Assembly: GCA_013416795.1 (NCBI GenBank)
Contig: RQSC01001138.1
Location: 1 to 56,136, forward strand
DNA: 56,136 nucleotides
Direction: 5' to 3'
Source of the DNA: Prasinococcaceae sp. CCMP 1430
Lineage: Eukaryota > Plantae > Prasinodermophyta
Shown: piece after piece, positions 11,825 through 22,907 of the stretch
Numbering within the stretch: position 1 is the stretch's first letter
Layout: each line of letters starts with the position of its first letter
The notes under the pieces: generated by a model
Databases searched by the model: none
What the model was told of the DNA's origin: nothing
The model's input: the letters and a program-made list of their open reading frames with translations, nothing else
Program-made: the position numbers and the translations under genes

Positions 11825-12352
11825 CGCGGCGATGAATGAGACCCGCGCACCAAAACCCAAACCGGTTGGGGTTGTGAGTGGCCCTGGGGGAATCGCGCGA
11901 TTCCACGCGTCCAAAGCCGTGCGAAAGCGCGGGTTTGCATCCAATACCCCAATGTTCCGTGGATGGGCCATGGACATTCGCGCTTTAGGATGGGACTTCG
12001 TCTAAATAAACCTGGGTATTCCTATATGAACCCGGGTATTCCATACCGTAAAGACTCACTTGATTGCAAGCCACCGCAGCGACCATCAAAACGCATTGGA
12101 CGCCTCCGCCGGCGTGCGACGCGGTGGCTGCCACCCGCGCGCGCGGACGATATCGCCCTCCGCCGCCCGCGGGTTCCGAATTGAATCCCTAATTGTGTTG
12201 CTATAGAGGAGTATCCACATGCGGTCGTTGATGCGAATGGATGTGATGGAGGGTTCCGCGGGAGCGGGGGACGGGCCGCCGCAAATCGGAGGTGCGCGCG
12301 CGCGCGCGCGCGCGCGCGCGCGGGCGCGCCACACGCTCGCAGCGGCGCACGC

Positions 12353-13262
12353 TTGAAAGTTCGCACACTTTGCGGGTGTGAGTACGCGGCGCCCGTCGCG
12401 TGCGCGGCGCGCACGGAGACGGAGGAGGCGAAGACAGAGCCGGCGCAGGCGGAGACTGGCGCGGACGCGCAGCCTGCCGCGCCAACCAAGCCCAAGGGCC
12501 CGGTCGAGGTCACCATGGTCCTCGAGTCGAAAATGATCGCCGGCGGCCTCGTGCGCTTCAAGGAGGGACGCACTCCGGCCAACACGTCGCTGGTCGTCGT
12601 GGACGACGTCTACGATGAGGGCGAGGCATACCGCCGTGGTCTGCGGCGCGGGATGGTGCTCAAAGCGATGACAGGAACGAACGGCGACGAGCGCACGGAG
12701 ATGTGGGAGCTTGACGACAAGGGTGCGTGGCGTGGCGCGAGCTCGCGAGCGCTCTTTCGCCTTCCGCCCCAAGCGCCGCGCCCACCCGTGTCTGCCTCGC
12801 GCCCACGCTGACTCGAGATCGCCCTCGGCAGTGTCGCTGCGCTACATCAAGGAAACCATCCGTCTCGCGCGCTATCCCATGACCATGATTTTTTTGGAGG
12901 GCGCCGACGTCAGGTGCGTGGCGCGAGCCCCCGAGCGCTCCGTCGCCCACACCCTCCGCTCCGATCGCTGCACCGGTCCGGCGCCCGCGCTGCACCGGTC
13001 CGGCGCCCGCGCTGCACCGGTCCGTCGCTGACTCGCGCGCGCCTTCGGCAGGCCGACGCCCGCAGAAATCGCCGCCGTCGTCGGCAATGACGCTGCCACG
13101 GCCAGCATGACCGAGTCGGAAATGCGCATCGCTCGACGCAAGGCGTACCAGGAGATCGATGACTCGAGAAACGACTTTCCTCTCGTTGGTGCCCTGTTGG
13201 CCCTCGTCATTGTCCCACCAATTGTCGTGCTGGCGCTGAACTCCTACTTCCACTGGGCCTAG
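12353..13262 (+). CDS. Probable plastid PDZ-like protein with C-terminal TM helix; exons ..12722, 12832-12913, 13052-13262; start uncertain
   Basis: VVVDDVYDEGEAYRRGLRRGMVLKAM is PDZ-like; two GT-AG introns (phases 1 and 2) join in frame; hydrophobic tail LVGALLALVIVPPIVVLAL. Confidence 0.65.
12967..13024. repeat. 22-bp tandem repeat (GCTGCACCGGTCCGGCGCCCGC), about 2.6 copies, inside an intron
   Basis: Units start at 12967, 12989 and 13011. Confidence 0.9.
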
Positions 13263-13750
13263 CTAGAGAGTAACGTACTGGAAGCTTGTGAGGCAATGCG
13301 TATCACCTGCTGCGCCCGCACGCGCGCGCGCGCGCGCGCGGACGCGGGTGCGTGGTGTGCAGGCTGCACTGCCTTTAATTATGCCATCCTGGTGGCGCCA
13401 CCATCGCGGCGCCACTGTCACGTGTGTTGACGAATTAGAAGCCCTTCCCGGGCCACCGATTCTGCTGCCGATGACTCGCGCGTCGTCACGGTGCACGCGC
13501 CACGCGGCCCTCCCCCATTTCCCCCATCCTGCCTTTCAGCAGACCCCGCGCCGAATGTCCACTCGCTGCCGCGCCCACTTGATGGCGAGCGCCAAGGCGC
13601 GTGTATATTGCGAGCAACGAAAGCGCTGCAGGCAAACGCATCGGCAGGCGCGCGCGCTCCGAGTCAGTGAGTCACAGTCCTAGCGTCGCTCGACGGCGGT
13701 CCCCACTCACCCTGATAGCGCGGGATGCGCCCCGTACCCACCGGTCCCGC

Positions 13751-16163
13751 TCATGCGAAGCCCGCCTTGCGCCGAAGCCCGCTGCGGCTCTTGCCAGACC
13801 GACCCCTTGGCGTCGGCTTCATGAAGTCCAAAGCCTCCGTCAGCAGCATCAGCCCGCCGGACCCTGGGCTCACGGCCGCGGCCGCAGCCGCCTGCGCCTT
13901 GGCCTGCGCCGCAAAGCTCGCAACCAACTCTGGAGGTGACAGCTCGTCATCGGCGGGCGGAGCCTCGGAGGGTGGCTCCACTGTGCCAGCTACGGCAGTC
14001 GCCGCGTTACCCGCTGCGGATGACGGTGCGGTAGCACCGCCAGTGACGATGGAATCGAACGAGCGCTGGGCGGACGTGCGCGTGCGCTTCGAGGCCGGCG
14101 AGCCAGCCGACCCAGCAAGGGAGCTTGATCCACGCCTGGGCGATCCGAACGAGCGCTTTGCTGCGTCTCTGCGAGTGCGGCTCGGCGAGCTCACAGCGGC
14201 CGCGGCGGCCGCGGCTACCGCGCGCATCACTTTAGTGTCTTCGACCGCGATTGGCTTGGCGCCGCCGTTGCCAGCGGCGACCTCTTTAGACTGTGCCACG
14301 GCAACTGCAGCTTTGTACGCAGCCACGGCCGCTGCGTCCGCCGCCTTGGGAGCTACGGTGTTCTTGCAGTCGATACACTTGCAGGCGTCGGTACACGCTA
14401 CTCCGGCCTGGAAGCACTCGCAGTACTTCTTGAGACAGTTGCTCTTCTTGCATCGGCAGCCACGCTTGCAGCGCAGCCCGGCACCATCAACCCCGTCTGT
14501 TCGCTCTGCGTTGCTGGTGCCCGCCCCGAAGGTGATCTTTGCCTCGAATGCAAGAGGGTTGCGCCGCTTGATGACCTCACGCGTCGTAGCCACGAGCTCC
14601 AGGTTATCGGTATTGTTCAGGCATCCCTGACACCAGCAGCCATCGCACAACTCGCCAGCGGCAAAGCACTCGCAGTACAGCTTCAGGCAGCGGCTTTTCT
14701 TGCAGAAGCAGCGCTTGCCACTGGCCTGAGCGGTACCACCAGACGCGCTCGGCCGGACTTGCGTGGGCGACATGGGCGGGCTCTTGCGGCGCTTCGGCGG
14801 ACGGCCCGCTGCAGCCGCGCTCGCCGTCTTAATCTCAGCCGTCGCGCCATTCATGAAGGCCGTGGAGACTGGCGCGATGCCGCTCGGGCGCCTGCCACCG
14901 CCACCGCCATGCTCGAAGCTTTGCTCCGATGGCGGCGTGGTGCTCCCTGGCTGCTGCACGTCGCCGGCGAGCCCGCTCAGATTGGCCGGCTGTGCATTCA
15001 CGGTGGCAATGCCGAGCGCGGCTGCAGCATTCGCGGCGTGGTTGAAGTTCTCGGCGCTGTCCATTCGTTGTGCGGTGACGACGTTGCCGCTGCTGCCGCC
15101 GCTCACGCCGGCCAACGCTGTTGGCACTCCCAGCACGGCCGCAGTTGCGGCAGCCATGGCACCCTGCGACGTCAGGAGCATTGTGAGCTGGTAGAGGCGC
15201 GCCTTCAGCTCGGCATTCTCAGCGACCAGCTTCGCCACGTCATCAGGCGTCATGACGGCCGCAGCGGCCTTGGCAGCAGCCGTCACTGCCTCTGCGGCGG
15301 CCGCTGCGGCGGCCGCGCTGTCCGCGCCTGTGCCGCCAGAGACCAAAGCCCCCCCTGCTGCGGTAGTGCCTTCGGCGGCGGCGCCATTCCCCCCCGACTG
15401 CTGGCCTTCAGGCCGCACAGTGGCAGTCACAGCGGCTGCCAAGGCGGTTGCCGACAATGGCGCCGGCGCGAGCGCCGCTGCAGCCACCGCAGCAGCCGCG
15501 GTCGAGGCCGAGTCCTGTCGGCCCGCGAAGGGCATGAATGCGCCGCTCGCACCCTGGGCGAGGAGGGCGTTGGCGCTCGCCACCTTGCTCGCAACCTGCG
15601 CGGAAGTCCGCATTCGCGCGGGTGCATCCATTGGGAGGGCGGCGTCCACATCAGGCACGGGCGCGCGTCAGCGGTCAGCCTCGCGCACAAAGGGGCCGGC
15701 GTCATCGCGGCAATGCGCACGCGCTCGTCGTCGCGCTCCCGTTTCAAACGCGCGCGACCGCGGGGCAGGCACTCGCTGCCGCTGCCAGCTCCGCTGCTGC
15801 TGCATGGCATCATCCGGGGGGGCGCGCCGCGGGGTTCCCGCGCCGAAGTGCAACCCCGCACGCGAGGTGCACCGTCGCCCACTCCTCGGGCTGGGCGCCG
15901 AGCGGCTCCTGCGCCCAGACCGGCCCCGTCCACCGAGCGCACGCACTGCCTTGGAAAAATAATTTGAAACACGCCCTCGCACCGGCGCGTGGCGCACGTA
16001 CCGCCTCGCCCACGTCCGCGTCGGAGCCCCCCCCCGCCGCGCCAGCAGCCTGCTGCGGATCGTCGCCCTTAGTCTCCCCGTCGGCCTTGTGATTGGCCAC
16101 GCGGTCCCCGGCTCCGCCCCCGCCGGACGCGCCGGAAGGGCTGCCCGCGTCGCTCGCCGCCAT
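13751..16163 (-). CDS. Tesmin/TSO1/LIN54-like CXC-hinge-CXC protein (DREAM-type); exons 16163-16002, 15595-13751
   Basis: CFCKKSRCLKLYCECFA, hinge KRRNPLAFEAKI, GCRCKKSNCLKKYCECFQ; phase-0 intron GTACGT...CTGAC...CAG. Confidence 0.88.
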
Positions 16164-17028
16164 CGCTTTCAAAATATTTATTAATCACCTCCCCACGCGC
16201 GCGCCCGCGCCTGCGCTCGTGCGCACTGCCGCCACCCCTGGTGGTCCCTCTTGCCCCCCACCCCCCACCCCCACCCTGCCCTCGCGCCTCACACACGTTT
16301 GAAGCCTCTGCGAGCCCTCCGCGCGCGCTCGCGCTCGCGCTCGTGCGCGCACTCGCGATACCATGCATCCACCAGTTTTTCTTTTTGGTCCTCCGCGCGC
16401 AAAAACCGTTTCAATATGATTTGATGCAGCCTACACCACATCACATCACCCACAAAAAGGAAAAGGAAAAGGACAAAGTTTGTCTCGATTGACCGTTCCA
16501 CTTTTCCATGCGCGGTGTCGGCCGGCCCGCCGAGCTCCGGGTGCGTTCTGATGGCGTCGCGCGCGCGCGCGCGCGCGCCGCTGCTAACACCGCGAAACGG
16601 CGCCTCGGCCCATGTGAACGCATGCGCGCAGCCCCGAACGGAGCTGGCGGTGCCGGGCGCGCGGGCGGCGCCCGCGCGCGAAACCGCAACCTCTGACGGA
16701 CGGGGNAAAAAACGGGGCGCGCGGTGTGCGCCGGCGGGGTTCGAACCCCGCCCGCCGCGCGCCCCATCAAAACGCACGCGGCCGGGGCGACGCGCGAGGG
16801 GAGGCCCCCCACGGGCGCCGCAACGGTCACATCCCCCAACCCGAACCGACGCCGCCGAAAAAGGGTCCGCGAAAGTCACGGAGCGCGCGCGCGCCGCGCG
16901 ACTTTCGCGCGGCCTCGCACCGTCGAATGACGTGTGAACGAGAGCACCACGACGCGCGGATCGCGTCCGGAATCCGAAGAGTCCGAAGGATTCGAAGGGG
17001 TGGGGTACGGGTGACGAGTGAACCTCAA

Positions 17029-18939
17029 TTATTGGGGAAAGAAATGCCGACGGGGCTCGCGTGGGGTTTGGGGTGGATTCGTTCGTAATCGCAGATAACA
17101 ACAGGAACTCAGATCATCGTTTCGAATGTGAAAGCGGGTTCCGAGGGGGCTTCTCGGGGGAGAGTGTGCGACGTTTCGGAACCCCCGGGCGGGCGAGCGC
17201 GTTCCCCCGCCGCTGCCGCCGCGCGGGCGCTGCAGCGCCGGTGGCGCGCGAAAGTACGCCCACACATACGCGTCGGCGCCGTTCGCCGCGCCGATCTCCC
17301 GCATGAGGCTGCCCACGCGCCTCGGCGTCGCCGCGCCGGCGATGGCTGGGGCCGCCGAGCTCGACGGTTCGCCACCTCGCAGGGCGGCACCCGCTGCCGC
17401 AGCGCTCGCGCCCGCGCCGCTCGCCATCGCCGCATCAACCGCGGAGTCGCCCTCCGCATTGCCCACCTGTCTGCCGAGCACCTTCTGCGTGACCTTGGCG
17501 GCCGCGAGCTCCGCCTTGGCCGCCGCAAGCTGCGTGCGCAGCTCGCGCTCAGAACGCCCTCGCCGCGCGCTCTCGTCGCGCAGGGCCTCCTGCAGGCGCA
17601 CTCGCTCCTCGGCTCGGCGTCCAGCCTCGGCGGAAACGGTCGTCAGCTCGCGCCGCGCCGCGTCGGACTCCCCCTCGGCATGCGACACGCGCTTCTTGAG
17701 GTCCTCGATTTCCGCGCCGAGCCTGCGATTCTCTGCCTCATACATCTCGCGGAGCTTCTCCATCGCCAGCCGCAGCTCACGCCGCTGCGCCTGCGCGTCC
17801 TCCTGTGCGACCTCCGTCGCCTCCTCCTCCGCCGAATCGCGCTCAACGGCACGCCCAAGCCGCGTGTGCGCCTCGGCCGCCTCCGCACGCAGCTGATCCT
17901 CGACCTCTTTGGTGCTGCCCGCCTGAGCTTTGCGCACCCCACCCATGAGACCGAGGCTCTCCTCGATTGACAGCAGCGCGGCCTCGAGCGCGGCGCCTGC
18001 ATGCGCGTGCGTGGGCACTGACTCCGACGTCGCGCCGATCATGCCGTCACGAAAGGCCGAACCGCCCGCAGCGCGACCGCACTCGGTCGCCGCGCGGTCG
18101 GCGAGCGCGACCGCATTGGCGGCCGCACTCGCGAGGGTGGCGCGCGCCTGCTCGAGCGCGGCCTCGGCGGCGACCGCTCGCCGCTCTGCAAGCTCCGTGC
18201 GGGTGGCGTCGTCGTGCACGATAGGCACAGCGCGAGACACGCTGTGCAGAGCGGCTCCTGCCCGCGCGGCCTCCGCAGCGTGTTGCCCGGACGTCGTAAT
18301 GCCCGGCGCACCCATCCGAGCGCGCGGGAGGGCGCTGCCGGTAATATCTGCCATCGTAGCAGCGGAGGGCGGCGGTGCTTGTAGCAGCGAGGGTACCGGG
18401 TGCTGCGGCGTTTCCATCACCGACTGCTGCTGCAGTTGCGTTTGCCTTGCGGTCTGCGGCAGCTGCGGTGGCTGGTGCTGAGTCGGAAAGGGCGCTGGTG
18501 TGGCCACCACCGGCACAGGCTGCATTGCAGGCGTGGCGAGCGCCGCGGCGTTCACGCCGTGCGCTACAGGCCTAAAAGAACGCATCATGTCCGCCTCGGC
18601 AATGAGCCGCGCATGCTGCAGGCGGTGGCGCAGCACCTCTTCGCGCAAGAGCGAGTTCTCCACCTCCACACTAAAGCGAATCAACTCGGATTCGCGCGCG
18701 TGTCGCTGCGACCCACCCTGCTGCTGCTGTTGCGGCTGCTGCGGCTGCGACTGCGGCAGCACCTCAGGCTGCACCGTGGCGGCCGCCGCGGCCACTGGCG
18801 TTGGTACGGGCGGGTGCGATGGAGTCGGCACGGGCGCGGGCCCCGACACCTCCTCTGCTGGAGCTGCGGTGGCCTCCATGGGCGCCGCGTATTGCAGCAG
18901 CCTGTCGCGCTTCGCCTGGTACGCGCGCACGCGCTCCAT
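17029..18939 (-). CDS. Hypothetical Gln-rich/coiled-coil protein; 3' end uncertain
   Basis: Long ORF with coiled-coil-like segments (LRLAMEKLREMYEAENRRL); possible GTATGT donor near 17269. Confidence 0.6.
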   Translation of the reverse strand: MERVRAYQAKRDRLLQYAAPMEATAAPAEEVSGPAPVPTPSHPPVPTPVAAAAATVQPEVLPQSQPQQPQQQQQGGSQRHARESELIRFSVEVENSLLREEVLRHRLQHARLIAEADMMRSFRPVAHGVNAAALATPAMQPVPVVATPAPFPTQHQPPQLPQTARQTQLQQQSVMETPQHPVPSLLQAPPPSAATMADITGSALPRARMGAPGITTSGQHAAEAARAGAALHSVSRAVPIVHDDATRTELAERRAVAAEAALEQARATLASAAANAVALADRAATECGRAAGGSAFRDGMIGATSESVPTHAHAGAALEAALLSIEESLGLMGGVRKAQAGSTKEVEDQLRAEAAEAHTRLGRAVERDSAEEEATEVAQEDAQAQRRELRLAMEKLREMYEAENRRLGAEIEDLKKRVSHAEGESDAARRELTTVSAEAGRRAEERVRLQEALRDESARRGRSERELRTQLAAAKAELAAAKVTQKVLGRQVGNAEGDSAVDAAMASGAGASAAAAGAALRGGEPSSSAAPAIAGAATPRRVGSLMREIGAANGADAYVWAYFRAPPALQRPRGGSGGGTRSPARGFRNVAHSPPRSPLGTRFHIRNDDLSSCCYLRLRTNPPQTPREPRRHFFPQ

Positions 18940-19428
18940 GAGGGCACGTGATGCGCGGCGCTGTCCGCACGATGGGTCGCGCACACCCGCGCCACGCGCA
19001 CCGCGCAGCGCCCACTCGCTGCTCCGCGACGCTTTGCCCGGATTGAGCAAGGTGATTGGCGTGCGTCGGCGGTGGCCGGGCGCGCTCGCTCGCTCGCTCG
19101 CGCTCGCTCGCGCGCGGTGTGGCGAGCGCGCCCCCACCCCCGTCCGTGCCAGGGCCTTCCAGCTCCACCGCACCGCACCTGCGCGGCTGCCCGCTTCGCA
19201 GCACCCCCCTCCCCTCCCTTCCTCCCCCTGCGTCCGCGCGCGCCGGGGCACCCGTGTGGCGGCGCCACCGACATCGCCCCGTGGGGGGGGGGGGGGGGCG
19301 AGTGGGCAAGGAACCGGACCGCCGCAACGGGCAACGGCTACGTCGGCCCGCCCGTCCCGCAAACGCGCGAAACCCGAAACCCGAACGCCGTCGCGTTTTC
19401 TGCAGGTCAAGGACCACTCAACTATTTC

Positions 19429-19450
19429 AAACCCTAAAATTTCACCCTAA
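19429..19450. promoter_or_regulatory. Telo-box-like AAACCCTA motif; related copies at 19572, 28046, 30451, 30467, 46012, 48251, 53311, 53604
   Basis: Read directly in AT-rich intergenic islands. Confidence 0.5.
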
Positions 19451-19536
19451 ACAATGCTGCGTGAAGCGGGGCCGTGCCCCCGTCGTCGCCGATCGGAGCG
19501 CCGATCCGGGGCCCCGCGCTCGCGCGCGTTCGCGAC

Positions 19537-20938
19537 ATGTTTGGGTATGGACCATGTTTTGGGTTTAGTAATAGGGTTAATATATGCTCATTGAGACCCG
19601 GTCAGAGAGGGGTTTTGAGCGGGGCTCTGCGGAGTCCGACCGGGTGTGGGAATCTTTTGCGGGATTCCCGAGCGCGTCGAAGCTGGGATTTTGTTGGCGC
19701 GGGGCGCGCGCGTTGCCGGGAGCGCGCGCCGTTCCCCGGGCGCGCGCGCGAAGCGCTCGGGGCACTCGCCGCGGCGGCACAATACGACGACGAGCGCCGC
19801 CGGGACTGGCGAGCGGGGGGTCGTGTGGGTGGGGCTGCACGCAGCACGCGCTGACGCGACCGCGCGACGCAGGCCGGCCGGCAAGCTCAAGATCTGCATC
19901 ACCGGCGCGGGCGGCTTCATTGCGTCGCACCTCGCGCGTCGCCTCAAGGGCGAGGGCCACTATGTGCGCGCCGTCGACTGGAAGAAGAACGAGCACATGA
20001 CCGAGGACATGTTCTGCGACGAGTTCATCCTGGCGGACCTGCGCGTGTACGACAACTGCCTCAAGGTCACCAAGGACTGCACGCACGTCTTCAACCTCGC
20101 GGCGGACATGGGCGGCATGGGCTTCATCCAGTCCAACCACTCGGTGATCATGTACAACAACACCATGATCTCGTTCAACATGCTGGAGGCCGCGCGCATC
20201 AACAAGGTGGAGCGCATGTTCTACGCGTCCTCGGCGTGCATCTACCCGGAGAACAAGCAGCTGGACCCCTCCAACCCGGGCCTCAAGGAGGAGTACGCGT
20301 GGCCCGCGGAGCCGCAGGACGCCTACGGCCTGGAGAAGCTGGCGTCGGAGGAGATCTACAAGCACTACCAGACCGACTTCGGCATCCAGACGCGCATCGC
20401 CCGCTTCCACAACATCTACGGGCCGTACGGCACCTGGCAGGGCGGCCGCGAGAAGGCGCCCGCCGCCTTCTGCCGCAAGGCCATCACCTCGACGGAGGAG
20501 TTCGAGATGTGGGGCGACGGCAAGCAGACGCGCTCCTTCACCTTCATCGAGGACTGCGTCGAGGGCATCCTGCGCATCACCAAGTCGGACTTCTGCGAGC
20601 CGCTCAACCTCGGCTCCACCGAGATGGTGTCGATGAACGAGATGGCCGAGATGGTCATCGGCTTCGAGGGCGAGTCGCTGCCCATCAAGCACATCCCGGG
20701 CCCCGAGGGCGTGCGCGGCCGCAACTCCGAGAACACCCTCATCAAGGAGAAGCTCGGCTGGGAGCCCGACACCCCGCTCAAGGAGGGCCTCAAGATCACG
20801 TACGACTGGATCAACTCCAAGGTCAAGGAGGCCGGCGGCGACGCCGCGCGCTTCGCCAACTCCAAGATCTGCGCCGCGCAGGCGCCCACCAACCTCGGCG
20901 AGCTGCGCCAGGCCGACGGCAAGGAGAACGGCCTCTGA
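19537..20938 (+). CDS. GME: GDP-mannose 3',5'-epimerase; main exon 19873-20938, first exon uncertain
   Basis: ITGAGGFIASH, NLAADMGGMGFIQSNH, AEPQDAYGLEK, GGREKAPAAFCRK, PEGVRGRNS; acceptor CTGAC..CGCAG at 19872. Confidence 0.95.
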
Positions 20939-20959
20939 GCGGCCATCGATTCAACGTCA

Positions 20960-20964
20960 TGTAA
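20960..20964 (+). terminator. TGTAA poly(A) signal of GME; also at 29161, 36492, 24662 (+) and 140, 51672, 54175 (-)
   Basis: UGUAA is the established green-algal near-upstream element; every listed copy lies at or shortly after a stop codon. Confidence 0.7.
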
Positions 20965-21009
20965 AAAAACCCAAATCCAAGTTAGCACTACCCATACCCG
21001 AACTCGCCG

Positions 21010-21339
21010 GCGAATACGTACCATCGGAACTGACCTGCGCAGTGCGATGTACAAACCTGCTGGTTGCTCGGCGGCGGCGGCTGCGAGGCGCGCCCGGTAG
21101 AGCGGCGTGAGCGCGGAGCACGCGCACACGCACGGCGCCCGCTCCGCCGCCTCGGCCCCCACTCGATCCAGCCAGGGCAGCCTGTCCTCGTCCCTGAGCG
21201 GCAGCCCCGCGCGCATTCGCTCCACGTTTGCCTGCGGGTGCAGGTCGTCGGCGTCGAGGAAGGCGCGGCCGAGCGCGGCTGCGGCGGCGGCGCCGGCCGT
21301 CGTTTTCCCCGCGCCGCACACCCCCATGACGACCACGAC
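21010..21339 (-). pseudogene. Gluconokinase (GntK/IdnK) N-terminal fragment
   Basis: VVVVMGVCGAGKTT, FLDADDLHPQANVERMRAGLPLRDEDRLPWL, CSALTPLYR; C-terminal GHFM/LEEP-type region not found. Confidence 0.7.
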
Positions 21340-22907
21340 GGCCGCGCCTCGCCCCTCCGCGCCGCCCGCGCGAAGCGGCCATCAAAAGTGCCCACAAAAC
21401 GCAAGCCTGCCGCGAAGCCGAAGCCTGCCGAGCGGCGCCGCTGCCGCGCGCAATGAGCCGAGCGGGGCGCCGCCCGCGGGCGCTCGAGAGCAGCATGGTG
21501 GCGGCGGGCACATCGAGGCGCACGCGGCAGAGCTCGCGCGCAAGGTTGCAGCGGTCGTGGACGCCGTCCCGCCGCCCCGACCACCCGCTGTATACGCTGC
21601 ACCGGCAGGTGGGGTTGGTTGGCGCTCGCGATGCAGGTACACGCTCATGGAGGAAGCAAAGGCGCGGGGAGAGTGCGTGTACGGCTACTGGGACAGCACG
21701 GCGGGCGCCGGCGGGCAGGGCGCGTACGTGCCCGCGGACGACATCGAGGATGTCGCGTGCGCTGAGCTGGTTGCAGCCGCACGGCTGCTCGCGGCGGGGC
21801 TCTCGCGCAGCCCGCACGCACTGCGCCACGCGTACGCCGTGCGATTCCTGGTCGCGCGCGAGGGGGCGCACGCAGGCGAGGCGGTCTGCACCATTCACAT
21901 CGACCAGAAAAAGGTGGGTTTGGCCATCGCGGCAGACGCCATACGTGAAGAGCTGCAGACGATAGTCGATGACGACCCCACCGGCTCGCTGAGCATTATG
22001 ACCAGTGGCCTCCCAGGCGATGAGCTCGTCGCCGGCCGGGACCACGTCACCGAAACGTACGCATTGCCCGACGGCCGCGAGCTGGTGTACGAGCAAGCGG
22101 AGGGCTTCTTCTCGAACCCGAGCCACGGCGCTTGCGTGTTCACGGTCGCGTGGCTGTGCGACGCCATTCGAAAGTGGGTGCCCCCAACCGGCAGTGGTGG
22201 TCGGGGCTCGTTGCTGGAGCTGTATTGCGGCAATGGCAATCATACTGTGGCTTTGGCACCGCTCTTCGACAGAGTCGTGGGTGTCGAGATCCACCCGCGC
22301 CTTGTGGGCGCCGCGAATCGCAACCTCGAACGCAACGCTGCTGCCAACGCAGCGCTCGCCGCCGCAGAAGGCATCGGTGCGGGGCGCGTTGAGGTGCTCG
22401 CGGCGCCCAGCGCCAAGTTCTGCAACCGCGTGCTGCGCACGCGCGGGCGGAGCCTCGCCGGACGCGCCGGCGGCGGCGACCAGCCCTTCGACACCATCCT
22501 CGTCGACCCTCCACGATGCGGGCTGGACGAGAAGACGCTGGCGCTGGTGGGCTCCTTCAGCACAGTGCTATACATCTCTTGCGAGCCATTGGGCAGCTTG
22601 CGGCGGGACATGCGCACGCTTGGTGCCACGCATGAGGTCGCCGAGATGGCCGTCATCGGTGCGTGCGGCGAGCCCCTCGGCGGGAGGAAGGAAGAGGGAG
22701 TAGCGATGCGTTGCGCATGGGGGCGGGCGGACGCAAGAGGAAGCAGCGCGCGTGCTTGCTAGCATCATGCCGGCCGCTAACACTGCGCCCCTGCGCTGCG
22801 CCGCAGATCATTTCCCAAACTCGCGCCACATCGAGTGCGCCGTGGTGCTACGCCGGAAACCGGCGGCACCAGGCGGCCCACGCTCTGTGGAGCGCGCGGA
22901 GCGATAG
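21326..22907 (+). CDS. trmA: TrmA-type tRNA m5U54 methyltransferase; exons 21326-22658, 22807-22907
   Basis: LLELYCGNGN, VDPPRCGLD, YISC, and D|HFPNSRHIEC across a phase-1 intron. Confidence 0.82.

Noticed and set aside
12967-13024. CRISPR-like array
   Set aside because: Contiguous units without spacers, inside a eukaryotic intron; no cas genes.
16690-16810. tRNA gene around GGTTCGAACC
   Set aside because: No D-arm, A-box, anticodon arm or acceptor stem on either strand.
19577-20692. 371-aa antisense ORF over GME
   Set aside because: Same codon-bias shadow.
19873-21339. GME plus gluconokinase (plus SLC35A) as a sugar-pathway cluster
   Set aside because: Different pathways, the kinase is truncated, and there is no sign of co-regulation.
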